Assembly: GCF_011386835.1 (NCBI RefSeq)
Contig: NC_088806.1
Location: forward strand, 1,054,001 to 1,118,000
Direction: 5' to 3'
DNA from: Chrysemys picta bellii
Taxonomy: Eukaryota
Length of the DNA stretch: 64,000 nt
The translations under genes and the position numbers were made by a program. A model generated the notes under the pieces. That model made no database searches, was not told where the DNA came from, and was given only the letters and a program-made list of their open reading frames with translations. How positions within the stretch are numbered: position 1 is the first letter of the stretch; each line of letters starts with the position of its first letter. Positions 27,114 to 40,314 of this stretch are shown here, piece by piece.

Positions 27114-28651
27114 GGGGCGCCCGCCCGCCGGCCGGACACGGAGCCCACGTGGGAACACGCCAAGGACACACCAAGAACACACTAAGGACACAGGACCCGC
27201 CGGCTGGCCGCTCGCTCGCTCTGCGCGTCAGGCGGGACAGGCTCTGCTGGGGGAGCGTGGCGCCATTTGCCACAGACGTGACCCCACAGGACACATGACA
27301 ACACAGGACACACAGGATCTCAGGCTGGCGTGGGATCGACACGGCGACTGGGCCACGCTCCAACATATGGACTGGTCCCCCCCACCCCCTGGGCGTACCG
27401 GGAACATGCGGAGACCCACGCGGCTCTTGGCTTGGGGGGGGGCCCCCACCGGCGATGGGGGGGGCTGTTTTTTTTCTACTGCCTGTGTTAAATAAAAGGG
27501 GGGAAAAAACCCAAATTGCCCCACGCTGAGCACCTCGGTCAGGGGTAGGGGGGTGGATGGGGCAGGAGCTGGCAATGGGGCAGCCCCATGCCTGGAAGTG
27601 CGGGAGGAGGGAGCCCCTCACTCCTCCCCCCCCCCCCACACACACATACACATCCTGATTCCTCACCGATCCCGCCCCCGCTCCGGCCTCCGCACAGAGG
27701 AAGTGAAAATGTCTGGTAGCCGGGGGGATGGGGGGGTTCCTCTCTCCAGAGTTGCCCCCCCATCCGTCTCTGGGGGAGGGGCCCCTTGCACGCTGGGGGT
27801 TCAGGCCAGTTCCAGGTGCCCCCCCCCACAGAGAAAGCCTCGGAGAACCGCCCCCGGCACAAATACAGGGACCCCCAAAACCATGCCCACCCCCCATGAA
27901 TAACCAGCCGCAGCCTTGTACAAACATCTGTATTTAAGCTCTTCCAGGGAATAAATTAGTGGGGGCTCTGGGGGGCGGGGCAGGGCTGGCGTCTCCCCAG
28001 AGCTGGAGTACCTCGTCTGTGGTTAGCGATTAGCTTAGTGCGGGGGGGGCCTGCTCTGCGGGGCCCCCCCCCAGAGTCGGGGTCCTTCATCAAGTGGAGG
28101 GGGCGGCTGGGCATTAGACCCCCAAGCCCTCTCCCCTGCATACCATCACCCTCCACCCACCCCCCAAGAAATCAGTGGGGTGCTGGGGTCCGTTCGTGGG
28201 GGTAGCCGACAGGTGGCGCCATCCGTCAGCCCAGCTCGCAGGGGTAGTACGGCGTCCCGGTGCCTGGGGGGGGACAAAACGGGGGGGGTAAGAGCAAACC
28301 GAGGTCCCCCCGAACCCAGCATGGCCAGGACCCGCTCCGAGAGCTCCCCATGGATAGCAGGAGAGTGGGCGTGGGGGGGGGTAAATGGGGAGGGGAAACA
28401 AACCCCCACGCCCTGGGTCCGGGGGGTGCAGGGGGGCACAGATCAGGGATGGGTGGATCGGCTGTGGGGGGGGAACATGGGAGGCACACACCAGGGATGG
28501 GGGGTGGATTGGCCGTGGGGGGGAACGTGGGGGGCACAGACCAGGGACGGGGGGTGGATCGGCTATGGGGGTGCTGGGGGGCACAGAGCCAGGGGTAAAT
28601 AGCCAGTCCCCCCAGGGAAGCAGAGCCCCCTAACCCCGCTGCCCCACTTAC

Positions 28652-30627
28652 CTGGGTCTCTGTGGGGGGGGGCGGGTCCCCGGGGGGGCCGCCGGCTCCT
28701 CCGGCAGAGCACGTAGGTCAGGGCCCCCACCAGCAGCAAGGTGATGCCCAACAGCACCAGCACCGCCAGGAGGTAGGGACGGGGCTTGCCCCGGGGGGGC
28801 CCCGTCGCCTGCTCCCTCCCCCTGCCAGGGCGCCAGGCCGGGCCCCCCAACGGGGTCTGCAAGACAAAGGGGGAGGGGGTTAGAAACCAGGGGGCGGTGC
28901 AGAGATCCCCTCCCCCTTGGGGGATCACAGCTGTGAGCTCACCGGTGGTCAGGGCTTCATCTGTGGGTCTGCCGTGGGTCCGTGTGGCTCTGGAGGTCCA
29001 TCTGTGGGTTCGTGGGGCTCCAGGGGTCTGGCCGTGGGTCCGTGCGGCTCTGGGGGTCCGTCTGTGGGTTCGTGGGGCTCCGGGGGTCTGGCCGTGGGTC
29101 CGTGCAGCTCTGGGGGTCCGTCTGTGGGTTCGTGGGGCTCCGGGGGTCGGGCCGTGCTGGGCATGGGGTGGGGGCGTGCTGGTGGGGTTTGGGGCCAGCC
29201 CCCCACCCCCTTGGCGGGCATCAATCCGTCCGGCTTCTGCAGGACACGGTGAGTTACTGACCTGGCTGGGCCAGACGAGGGGGTCTGGGTCCCCCTGCCC
29301 CCCAACAGAGTCAGCTCCACCCCCCAGCACCCCACTGCCATCTCTGCCCTGCCCACCCCACCCAGCCCCCCTTCCCCCGTGTGCCCCCTGTGCCCATCAG
29401 ACCCGCCCCCCCGCCTGCTCGCGGGGAAGCTGTAGGATCCAGCCCCCTTCCCCCGTGTGCCCTATCCCCAACCCCAGAGCCGTGGATGGGGACCCCCCAA
29501 TCCCAACTCCATCAAGGGGCACCCCCTTTGTGCAGGGGGGGTGGCAGCGGTTGGGGGGAGGGGTTGGACCCACCTTTCTTCTCCCAGAGCCGGCGGAGCT
29601 CGGTCACCCAGTTGGCGCTGGCCAGCCCACAGATCTGGCCCCGGGGCAGCTCGAACCTGGGGGGCAGGGGGGAGAAGTGAGGGGGGAGGGTCCGGCCTGG
29701 CCCCACGGCAGGGCGGTGGGGAGGACCCAGGCAGGAGCGGCACCAGGGTTTTTGGCGCCCTAGGCGGGGGTCCTGCCGCGCTCCCGGTCGGCGGGGGGCA
29801 ATTCTGCGGCCGGTCCCGGAGCGAGTGAAGGACCCACCGCAGAATTGCCGCCCCCCCAAATCCTGGCGCCCTAGGCGACCGCCTAGATCACCTAAATGGA
29901 AGGCCCGGCCCGGCCCCAGGGGGGCTGTGGGGATGGGGGGGCTGGCAGGGGGAGGGGCTGGCAGGGGGGCTGTGGGGATGGGGGGCTGGCAGGGGGAGGG
30001 GCTGGCAGGGGGGCTGTGGGGATGGGGGGGGCTGCAGGCGGAGGGGCTGGCAGGGGGGCTGTGGGGATGGGGGGCTGGCAGGGGGATGCGGGGGGAGGGG
30101 GCCGGGAATTTGCAGCACCAGGCACGGGGGGGGCTCTGGGCAGCGGGGGGCAGGCGGGGGTACGTACCGGACGAGGTGCTGGCCGCAGGCCTGGTGGCCC
30201 CTCACCTTGTCGGCGAGGTCCTGGAGCCGGCTCGGGGGGCTCGTCAGCCGCAGGCATTTGCAGAGCCCGAGCGCGCCCCCCTCGTTCCCCCCGCCTGTGG
30301 GGGGAGACACTTGGGGTTAGGGGTCAGGCACTGGGCCACAGGGGGTCCCCCGGGGAGAGATCGGGGGTCCCAGCTGGAGCGGACGGGGGGTCACACCCCC
30401 CGATGGCAGCGGGGGGGCGATATGGGGGTCAGTAGGGGGGTGTTTAGCCCAGAACCTTCAGCGGGCGGGGGGCGGGTCTCAGCCTGGTGACCCCCCCAGC
30501 CCCGGGGAGCCGGGGGGGAGCTGGAGCCGGGCGCGGGGCTCAGCGGGGGGGGCTCTTACCCGGCGGGGGGGCCGCCAGCAGCAGCAGCAACAGGAGGGTC
30601 GCTCCGAGGCGGGGGGGGCGCTGCCAT
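28652..30627 (-). pseudogene. CXCL16: CXCL16 copy 2, frameshifted as assembled (possibly sequencing error)
   Basis: ATG at 30627. C8 instead of C7 in exon 1 shifts the signal peptide (MAAPPPPRSD..). The stalk exon 29265-28943 is 323 nt versus 342 nt in copy 1 (18-nt in-frame deletion plus 1-nt loss at ~28971). One extra base at ~28787 in the TM exon. Confidence 0.7.
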
Positions 30628-31826
30628 GGGGCCGGGCACGAACCGAAACTGCGCCCGCCGCGCCAGGCACCGGGAACTTTTGAGCCGCCCGGGGACTTTC
30701 CGAGCAGCGCGGGGCGGGGCGTCCTGGTCCCTGCCTGGGAACTCCCCCCCCGGCTCCCTGCAGCCCCCCCCCCGGCTCCCTGCAGCCCCCCCCCCGGCTC
30801 CAATCCCCCCCGGCTCCCTGCAAATCCCCCCGGCTCCAATCCCCCCCGCGGCTCCCTGCAGCCCCCCCCGGCTCCAACCCCCCCCCCCCCCCGGCTCCCT
30901 GCAGCCCCCCCCGACTCCAATCCCCCCCCGGCTCCAATCCCCCCCCCGGCTCCCTGCAGCCCCCCCCCGACTCCAACCCCCCCGGCTCCCTGCAGCCCCC
31001 CCCCCCCGTCTCCAACCCCCCCCCCCCCCGGCTCCCTGCAGCCCCCCCCCGACTCCAAACCCCCGGCTCGGGACAGGCCACCCCATGGCCCGTGGCCCAG
31101 GGAAGCCGGCGCCTTTCCCCGGCGGGGGACATGGCCCTGCCCCACCCGGGTCTTCGCACCTTGGCGTTCGCTGCGGGGAAACGCCGGGTTTGGGGGCGTT
31201 GTGCATCTCGCGGTTCCGTGTGAATTGGCCCTTGGGTTCGTTAAGAGCCGAATGGCTTTTGTGCCTCAGGTGGGGGCAGAAAAGTCACAGGAAAAGTGAC
31301 CCCCCCAAAAGACCCCAACGGATTTAAAGACAGTTCGGCTTTGCAGCCCGTGGGAACGTGGACGGGGGATCCGGGAGGGGAAACGGGATCTTGGTCTCGG
31401 TCGCTTGTTGGCTTTGCTCTAAATAGTCCCGGGGGGGGCTGGAGGGGGGGCTGTTGAGTTGTTTTTGTTGCATGTTCTCGCTTTTGTTTCCTGGGGCTTT
31501 TCTGTGACTAACACGGCTGCAGAAGTGGCTATTGGCCAGCTGGGGAGAGCGGCGAGAAAACGCGCCCTTGGGTGCATGGGGTTTGGAGCTCGGCAGCTGG
31601 GCCCCCCAATCTTCTCTCTAGCCCCCCTCTTTCCCCTCCCCCGGGAAGGGGCTGGAACCTGTTTCCCCCACAGCCTGACCGACTCCCTGCCTGGTGCGTG
31701 TGGGGGCAAAGAGACACCCTCATGGGGGCGAAGGGGGCTGGGGTTGGAGGCAGATTAGCAGAGACATTCTGGGGCGGGGTGGGAGCCAAAGGGGAGTTCG
31801 CAGGCCGGGTTGGTTTAAAGCGATTT

Positions 31827-33840
31827 AAATCAGAGAATCAGAGAACGGGAAGGGACCTCGTGAGGTCTCTAGACCCGACCCCTGCACTCAAGTCAGGACT
31901 AGGTATTGACCAGCCCTGACGGGTGTTTGTCCAGCGGGCTCTTAAAAATCCCCAACGATGGAGATTCTACAACCTCCCTGGGCAATTTATTCCAGTGCTT
32001 AACCCCCCTGACAGTTAGGAAGTTTTTTTCCTAATGTCCAACCTAAACTGCCCTTGCTGCAATTTAAGCTCCTCGCTTCTTGTCCTGTCCTCAGAGGTTA
32101 AGAACAACAATTTTTCTCCCTCCTCCTCATAACAACCTTTTATGTACTTGAAAACTGTGATCATGTCCCCTCTCAGTCTTCTCTTCTCCAGACTAAACAA
32201 ACCCACGTTTTTCAATCTTCTCCCATCGCTCATGTTTTCTAGACCTTTCATCTTTTTTGTTGCTCTTCTCTGGACTCTCTCCAATTTCTCCACATCTTTC
32301 CTGAAATGTGGGGCCCAGAACTGGACACAATACTCCACTTGAGGCCTAATCAGCGCCGAGTAGAGCAGAAGAATTACTTCTCGTGTCTTGCTTACAACAC
32401 TCCTGCTAATACATCCCAGAATGTTGTTTGCTTTTTTTGCAACAGCGTCACACTGTTGACTCATATTTATCTCGTGATCCTCTCTGACCCCCGGATCCCT
32501 TTCCGCAGGACTCCTTCCTAGGCCGTCATTTCCCATTTTGTATGTGTGCAACTGATTGTTCCCTCCTCAATGGAGAACTTTGCATGTGTCTGTGAGGAAG
32601 TGGGACTGTTCTTAATGTTTCCTTTGAATTCTGTGTGGGTGCCTCAGTTTCCCCTATGCAGTTCTTAAGTCTCTAGGGGGTGAGATTGTTGCAGAGCAAA
32701 GGGCCGGTGTACATAAATGGCCGACTCTGTCTCCTGGCAAGTGATGTCCGGGGCCCTTCCCCCCTGCAAGAGGATGCTAAAGGTGTGGGAGAACAAAGGA
32801 ATCAGGTGATCTCCTGGCCCGGGAAAGGAACTCAGCATAGAAGGAGGGGCTGGAGAGTTTCAGTTTGGAGCTGGCTGGGGATGGGAAGTGAGGGCAGATG
32901 GGGGTGTCTGGCTCACTGCCCCCCAAAATGGACTCAGCTGAGGGGTCCTGTTCTCTGTATGTACAAGCTCTGTTTTAGACCGTGTTCCTGTCATCTAATA
33001 AACCTCTGTTTTACTGGCTGGCTGAGAGTCACGTCTGACTGCGAAGTGGGGGGTGCAGAACCCTCTGGCTTCCCCAGGACCCCGCCGGGGCGGACTCGCT
33101 GTGGGAAGCGCACGGAGGGGCAGATGCTGAATGCTCCCAGGAGAGACCCAGGAGGTGAAGCCGTGTGAGCGTCTTGCCCTGAAGACAGTCTGCTCCGAGG
33201 GAGAGGAGGCTCCCCAAAGTCCTGACTGGCTTTGTGGGGAGCAGTTCCAGAGCATCGCCCGGGGACTCCGTGACAGTGTCCTTATGGAATTTCATCCTAT
33301 TTACTTCAGACCATTTCTCCGGTTTGTCCAGATCATTATGAATTTTAATCCTATCCTTCAAAGCACTTGTAACCCCTCCCAGCTTGGTATCGTCCACAAA
33401 CTTTATAAGTGTCCTCTCTAGGCCATTATCTAAATCATTGATGAAGATATTGAACAGAACCAGACCCAGAACCGATCTCTGCGGGACTCCACTCGTTATG
33501 CCTTTCCGGCCTGACTGTGAACCACCGATAACTACTCTCTGGGGACAGTTTTCCAACCAGTTTTGTGCCCACCTTATAGCAGCTCCATCTAGGTTGTATT
33601 TCCCTAGTTTGTTTATGAGAAGGTCATGCGAGACAGTATCAAAAGTCTTACTAAAGTCAAGATAGACCACATCTACCGCTTCCCCCCAGCCACAAGGCTT
33701 GTTACCCTGTCAAAGAAAGCTATCGGGTTGGTTTGACATGATTTGTTCTGGACAAATCCATGCTGACTGTTACTCGTCAGCTATTATCTTCAAGATGTCT
33801 GCAAACTGATTGCTTAATTATTTGCTCCGTTAGCTTTCTG
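31827..33840 (-). mobile_element. CR1 fragment, copy 2, with the same solo LTR at 32591-33275 (TSD GTGTC)
   Basis: ORF 33029-33670 gives MVYLDFSKTFDTVSHDLLINKLGKY..FVDDTKLGG (RT); same nested structure as copy 1. Confidence 0.93.
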
Positions 33841-34242
33841 GGGGCTGCAAAATCCGGCTTGAAAACCTCAACGTTCCTTGTGGTTTGCATTTTTCGTTCT
33901 CTTCCTGGAGAGCGGAGCCTTTGTCCCGTCCGGGAGCCGGGCCCACGCAGTAATCTCTACTTTGGTGCCGCTTTGGGCTGGCCCAGGGGCTTGGCCAGAG
34001 CGAAGCACGTTTATTGATGTGGCTGTAGATTTCTCCAGATGAACATTGCCGGGCTTGGACGAGCTTAGAAGATCTTCTGGCTCGGATACAGCCCTTCCTG
34101 TCTGGAGATCTCGAAGCACTTTATAAAGCAGGTGGGTCTCGTTAGCTCCACTTCACAGACAGGGAAACCGAGGCACGGAATGGCCCGTGAAAGCACACCT
34201 GTGTGCTCTACCCACTATCATTTTTTTTACCTTGTGACCCCC

Positions 34243-35357
34243 TGCGACATTATTGAGAGAATCTGTGTCCATCTGTTGCAACCACTGTTATATATTTGCA
34301 GCAGGTGCTGTACAAAGGTTGTCATGCGAGGTGTTTGTGGAGAGGTTGTGGTGTGCTGGGGGTGATTGTGCTGGGTGGGTGTGTATTGGTTTTGTAGTTG
34401 ACGGTAGGAATGTTGGCTCTGCGCTCGTATCTCAAGGTGTGTGACTCTAAGTACCCACAGTGAAGCACTGGGGTGGCTTCTTGAGAAAGGAATTTGCAAG
34501 TTAAGGGCCCAATCCAGAAACACTTAACGGACAATGGATCTTGGGAGACTCCAATCCAGATAAGAAATCTACCTGGGGGTGTTCAGGATGGCGTGTGGGC
34601 AGTGGCTACCACCTGTAAAAACTGAGTCACGCCTGGACATGTGACTGGCCCATGTGACTCCAAACTCCATTTTGCTGTAATTTTCCACGGTAAGTACAAA
34701 GAAGTGTTCTTACACCTGGAGGAGACTATAAAAGGCTGATGCCTCATCTCCATCTTGTCTTCAATCCTGCTTCTCACCTCTGGAGGGACTTTGCTACAAA
34801 CGGAAGCTCTGAACAAAGGACTGAGGACCCATCCCGGCTGGGGATGTATTCCAGAGACTTGATTTGAACCTGCAGTTTATTCTATCACTGCTACGAGCCT
34901 GAACCAAGAACTTTGCCATTACTGTATGTAACTGATTCCATGTAACCAGTTCTAGCTCTCAGTGATATCTTTTTTCTTTTTATGAATAAACCTTTCAATT
35001 GTAGATTCTAAGGATTGGCTTGTGGGGAAGATCTGACTTGTCTATCGACCTGGGTCTGGGGCTTGGTCCTTTGGGATCAGGAGAACCTTTTCCTTTTACT
35101 GGGGTATTGGTTTTCATAACCATTCGTCACCATAACGAGTGGCGCTGGTGGTGATACTGGGAAACTGGAGTGTCTGAGGGAATTGCTGGTGTGACGTGTG
35201 GTTCGCCAGTGGGGTGAGACCAAAGTCCTCTCTGTCTGGCTGGTTTGGTGCTGGGTGTGCAAAGGACCCGAGCCTTGGGCGGGGTCTGCCCTGCTCTGAG
35301 CGATTTGTCCTTGGATTGAGGCTCTCAGTTGGGTCCACCAGAACCAGCATCATTACC
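34243..35357 (+). mobile_element. Solo LTR-like element, copy 2
   Basis: Counterpart of 11082-12178. Confidence 0.65.
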
Positions 35358-36338
35358 GCCCCCTTACCCCTGTCTGTGACCCCCAATCCCCAGAGCAGGC
35401 CCGGGAGGGAGGGATGCGGACAGGGGTGAAGGGACCCAGGCCTCCATTGTGCTGGGGGGTGGGGGGAGTTTGTCCAAACCCGGTTGCGTTTAAAACGAAG
35501 CGAGGAACGGAAGCATTGTGGTTTCCTGTCGCGCTGGGCCAGACGCTGCGAGCTCTGGAAAGCTGCCAAGGCCGGGTTAGGAGCCATGGGCATAGGACAG
35601 AGGTTGTTAGCAGCAGCAGGGGCCTGCAGCAGGGAAACTGAGGCACACAAACCAGTGAGAGTCACATGCCACACAACATGGGGAACCCCCCCCCCCCCGG
35701 TCACATGGCATCCTGCGTGCCTCGGACTCAGCCGATCCCCCCGCCCGGGCGCCGGGTCAGGGGTGGGAGAGGAATGTGCAGCTTTTGGAAACTTTCCCAT
35801 GACCTGTCCCCGGAGGAATGCCACGGCCTGGGGGATGCGGGGGAGACCTGCCAGCTGGCCGGGCAGCGACCATTAATGCCCGGAAGCCGTGGGGAGCAGG
35901 AACTGGAGGCCGAGTGCCTGGGGGCCAGGCTGGGAGTCTGTCCTGCGACTCTGAACATTACGATAGAGGCAGATTTTTAAAAAACACTTAAACCCCCTGT
36001 CCCGGACCCCCATATTCCCCCCCCCACGTGCTCTCTCTCGGCTCCACACAGCCCTGGGGGGGTCTCCCTGCAATGCGACGGCCCCTCTTGGGGACCTGCT
36101 GTCTCTCCCAGGCCCCAGCCCTGCCTGGGCCCGCACCTCTGAGCCCCCCACAGCCGGGCCCCCTTGCTCTGGGGCGGGGGACATGCGGGGCGAAGAAGCC
36201 CCCCGGGGCCAGGGATGTATGCGCATGGCCCTTTAAATATCACTGTGATGTCATCGCTGGCGCTACTGTGACATCACGGCGGGCAGCTCCTCCCCCTGTG
36301 CCCACCCACCCGCCTCTCCCGCTGCTGGGGGGCAGCCA

Positions 36339-39300
36339 ATGGCAGCGTGGCGACTGCTGGAGCTCCTCCTCCTTGGGGCCACGGGCATCTGGGCGACAGG
36401 TGGGTGCCGGGGGGGATGGACAGGTGCCCCTGCCCCAATCATACCCTCCCCCCCTGCCCTGGAAGGGGGACGGGTCCTTCCCTACAGTCGATGTCACAGG
36501 GCAACCCCTCCCCCTCCCAGCCTTTGATGGCGTGTGATGTCACGGAGGCCTCTGATGTCACACATGTGGCGCTGTGATGTCATCCAGTGAACGGGAACAG
36601 GGGGGTGGAGATGTGGCATGTGAAGGGCTGGGAGCCCGGACGCCTGGGTTCTCTCCCCGGCGCTGGGAGGGGAGTGGGGGTTGGTGGGTCAGAGCAGGGG
36701 GGGCTGGGAGCCAGGACTCCTGGGTTCTCTCCCCGGCTCTGGGAGGGGAGTGGGGGTTGGTGGGTCAGAGCAAAGGGGCTGGTAGCCAGGACTCCTGGGT
36801 TCTCTCCCCGGCTCTGGGAGGGGAGTGGGGGCTGGCAGGGAGAGGGGGGGCAAATGTCTCTAACGGGGGGCTCTGTCTCCCCAGGCTGTGGCTTCCGGCC
36901 GGGATACGACAGCCCCAGCCTCTCCCCCGCACCCCGCATCATCGGGGGGCAGAAAAGCCGCCCTGGGGAATGGCCCTGGGTTGTGAGTCTCCAGACCCAA
37001 GGGCACCACTTCTGTGGGGGGGAGCGTCATACACTCCTGGTGGGTGCTGAGCGCAGCCCACTGCTTCCACGACACCCGGTAAGGGGGTTGCGGGTCGGGA
37101 GTGAGGGGCACTGGCAGAGCTGGGGGGGGGGGCAGGGCTGGGCTGGCAGGGGCTGCGGGTCGGGAGTGAGGGGCACCGGCAGAGCTGGGGGGGGCAGGGC
37201 CGGACTGGCAGGGGCTGCGGGTCGGGAGTGAGGGGCACCGGCAGAGCTGGGGGACAGGGCTGGGCTGGCAGGGGCTGCGGGTCGGGAGTGAGGGGCACCG
37301 GCAGAGCTGGGGGGCAGGACTGAGATAGCAGGGGGCTGCGGGTCGGGAGTGAGGGGCACCGGCAGAGCTGGGGGGCAGGGCTGGGCCAGCAGGGGCTGCG
37401 GGTCGGGAGTGAGGGGCACCGGCAGAGCTGGGGGGGCAGGGCTGGGCTGGCAGGGGCTGCGGGTCGGGAGTGAGGGGCACCGGCAGAGCTGGGGGGGGCA
37501 GGGCCGGGCTAGCAGGGGCTGTGGGTCGGAAGTGAGGGGCACCGGCAGAGCTGGGGGGCAGGGCTGGGCCAGCGGGGGCTGTGGGTCGGGAGTGAGGGGT
37601 GCCATCCCTGTGCCCAGGCCCCAGGACGTGACGGTGGCGGCCGGCAGCGTGACCCTGGGCATGGGCGGCGTCACCCGGCGGGTTCGACGGATCCTGTCCC
37701 ACCCCAGCTACAGCCGCAGCACCTACGACTCGGACCTGGCCCTGCTGCTGCTGAGCCGCCCCCTGCCCCCGGGCCGGGGTCTCGGCCTCGTCTGCCTCCC
37801 CGGGGAGCCGGACGACGAGGACGACGGGCAGTGGGGCAGCTGCTATGTGGCCGGGTGGGGCACCACGGAGTACGGTGAGCGGGGCCACCTGGTGGGCCTG
37901 AGCCGGGGGGAGCAGGGGGCGGGGCTGGGAGGGGGCTGGGGAGGAGGGGGTCTCTCCAGGGGTGTCTGGCTGGGGGGGGTCAGGCCGGAGGGGGTGGGGC
38001 TGATGGCTGGGGGGGCCCATGGCTGGGGGGGGTCTCTCTGGGGGTGGTCTGGCCGGGGCTGCACCGTCGTCTCTCGCAGGGCAGGAGACGGTGTCGGGAG
38101 TGCTGCAGGGGGCTGGCAGGGCCCATGGCTGGGGGGAATCTGGTCGCGGGGGGGTCCGGCAGGGGGTTCCGGCAGGGGGGTCCGGCCGGGCTGCAGCGTC
38201 GTCTCTCGCAGGGCAGGAGACGGTGTCGGGGGCGCTGCGGGAGGCTGGCGTGCGGATCGTCGATTGGCTGCGCTGCATGTGGTGGATGGGGGCCCTGACC
38301 CAAAACATGGTCTGCGCCGGGCACGAGGAGGGCGGCCGGGACGCCTGCCAGGTGGGGACCCCCCCAGCCCCTCCCCCGCCCAGGCCCCCCCATTCCTCCC
38401 AGCCCCTCCCCCAAACCCCACCTCTGCCCCACCCCAGGGCGCAGGCCCCTCCCACAGGGCCCCAAACTCCCCCCCGTCATCCCCCCGACACCCTCATGCC
38501 CTGGACAGGGGACCCCCCGTGGTTCGTCCTTCGCTCCCCCGTCTGCCCCGTTCCCGCGGCGGCTTCTGGAGGTTCCCCTCCATGCCGGGGTCGCGCGTTC
38601 GCTGCCTCCCTCCGCGTCTGTCCTTCCTCTGTCACTTCCTTCGCTTCCTCCGCGTCTGTTCTTCCTCCTTCACTTCCTCCCTCCTCCGCTTCCTCCGTTG
38701 CATCCTCCTTCCTTTGCTTCCTCCGTATCTGTCCTTCCTCCGTCACTTCCTCCTTCCTCCACTTCCTTCATTCACTGCCTCCTCTGCGTCTTTCCTCCTT
38801 CCTCCGTCGCTTCCTCCTTCCTCTGCTTCCTCCGTCGCTTCCTTCCTTCCTCCACTTCCTTCAATCGCTGCCTCCGCCGCGTCTGTCCTCCCTCAGTCGC
38901 TTCCTTCCTTCCTCCACTTCCTTCAATCGCTGCCTCCGCCGCGTCTGTCCTTCCTCCGTCGCTTCCTCCTTCGCTTCCTCCCTCCTCCGCTTCCTCCGCC
39001 GATTCCTTCCTTCCTCTGTCAATTCCTCCGTCGCTTCCTCCTTCGCTTCCTTCCTCCGTCGCTTCCTCCGTCGCTTCCTTCCTCCGTCGCTTCCTTCCTC
39101 CGTCGCTTCCTTCCTTCCTCCACTTCCTTCAATCGCTGCCTCCTCCATGTCTGTCCTTCCTCCGTCGCTTCCTTTATTCGCTGACTCCTCCGCATCACTC
39201 CTCCTTCCTCCTCCACTTCCTTCCTCCCTCGTTTCCTTCCCCCCTTGCTTCCTCCGGCGCCTCCTTCGCTTCATCCACGTCTCTCCTTCTCCGCTTCCTT

Positions 39301-40314
39301 CATTCGCTGCCTCCTCCGCATCTGTCATTCTTCCTCCTTCGCTTCCTTCATCCGTCGCTTCCTTCCTCTACCACTTCCTCTGCATCTGTCCTCCTCTGCT
39401 TCCTTCATTGGCTGCCTCCTCCGGGTCTGTCCTTCCTCCATCGCTTCCTCCTCTGCGTCTCCTCCTTTCTTCCTCCTTCCTCCCTCGTGTCTTTCCTCCT
39501 TCCTCTGTCGCTTCCTCTGCTTCCTCCCTGGTTGGTTTGTTGGTTCTCGCTGGCGCGTTCTTGCGTTTTCTCCTTCGTCCATTCAGCCCGCGTCTCGTTC
39601 CTTCGCTTTCTCGGTGACCTGGCTTCTCCTTCGATGCTCGTCCATTGTCTCCATTTCTCCTTCGTTTCTTCGTTCGTTTTCTCCTTCTGTCCCCGACTCC
39701 TTTTCTCGTCAGTTCGTTCGTGGCCTCGTTTTTCTCGTTGGTTTGTTTTCTCGCCTGTTCATTCATTGAGTCATTTTCTCCATTTTTCTCCCCCTTGTCA
39801 ATTTGTTAATTGACTCGTCTGCTCGTTCGTCGCCTCGTTCTCTCGTTCGTTTCCTGCTTTTCTCGCTCGTTGAGTCTCGTCCTCATTTGCTTCTTTCCTC
39901 GCTCAATAGTTGATTCATTTCTTCCTTTGTTCGGCCTCTCGGTTTCTTGCTGGTTCGTTTTCCTCCTTCGTTGGCTGACTCGTTCTCTCGTTCCAGGGTG
40001 ACAGCGGGGGGCCCCTGCAGTGCCAGGCCCCCCAGGGCTCCCCCTGGTACCAGGTGGGCGTCGTGAGCTGGGGCCGGGGCTGCGGGAGGCGCCAGCGTCC
40101 GGGCGTCTACACCCGCGTGGCCAACTACCGGGCCTGGATGGATGAGGCCACCGCAGCAGTGGGGAGACCCCTGAGGCCCCAGAAGGCCACCCCCACCAGG
40201 CTGGGCTCCGCCCCCCAAAAGACAGAGCCGGAGGTCGCCGGAGGCCCCCGCCCCTGCCCGTGGCGGCCCCTGGGCCTTTCCCTGGGGCTGGCTCTGGGGA
40301 GGTGGCTGGGCTGA
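36339..40314 (+). pseudogene. Serine protease copy 2; +1 frameshift in exon 2 as assembled
   Basis: Exons 36339-36399, 36885-37078, 37618-37874, 38212-38351 and 39997-40314. G7 instead of G6 at 37016-37022 (..[10 protein letters not shown]..). Triad codons are intact. Three amino-acid differences from copy 1 were seen (M/T, A/D, S/R). Confidence 0.75.
38600..39960. repeat. Pyrimidine-rich satellite, copy 2 (about 1.4 kb)
   Basis: Same start and end sequences as 15250-19990 but about 3.3 kb shorter. Confidence 0.93.

Noticed and set aside
28563-29330. Continuous 255-aa ORF in CXCL16 copy 2 linking an Arg/His-rich stalk to the TM segment without splicing
   Set aside because: It depends on copy-2-specific 1-nt indels and reads through an intron with a strong donor (GTGAGC), branch point and acceptor. 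The copy 1 spliced model is more coherent.
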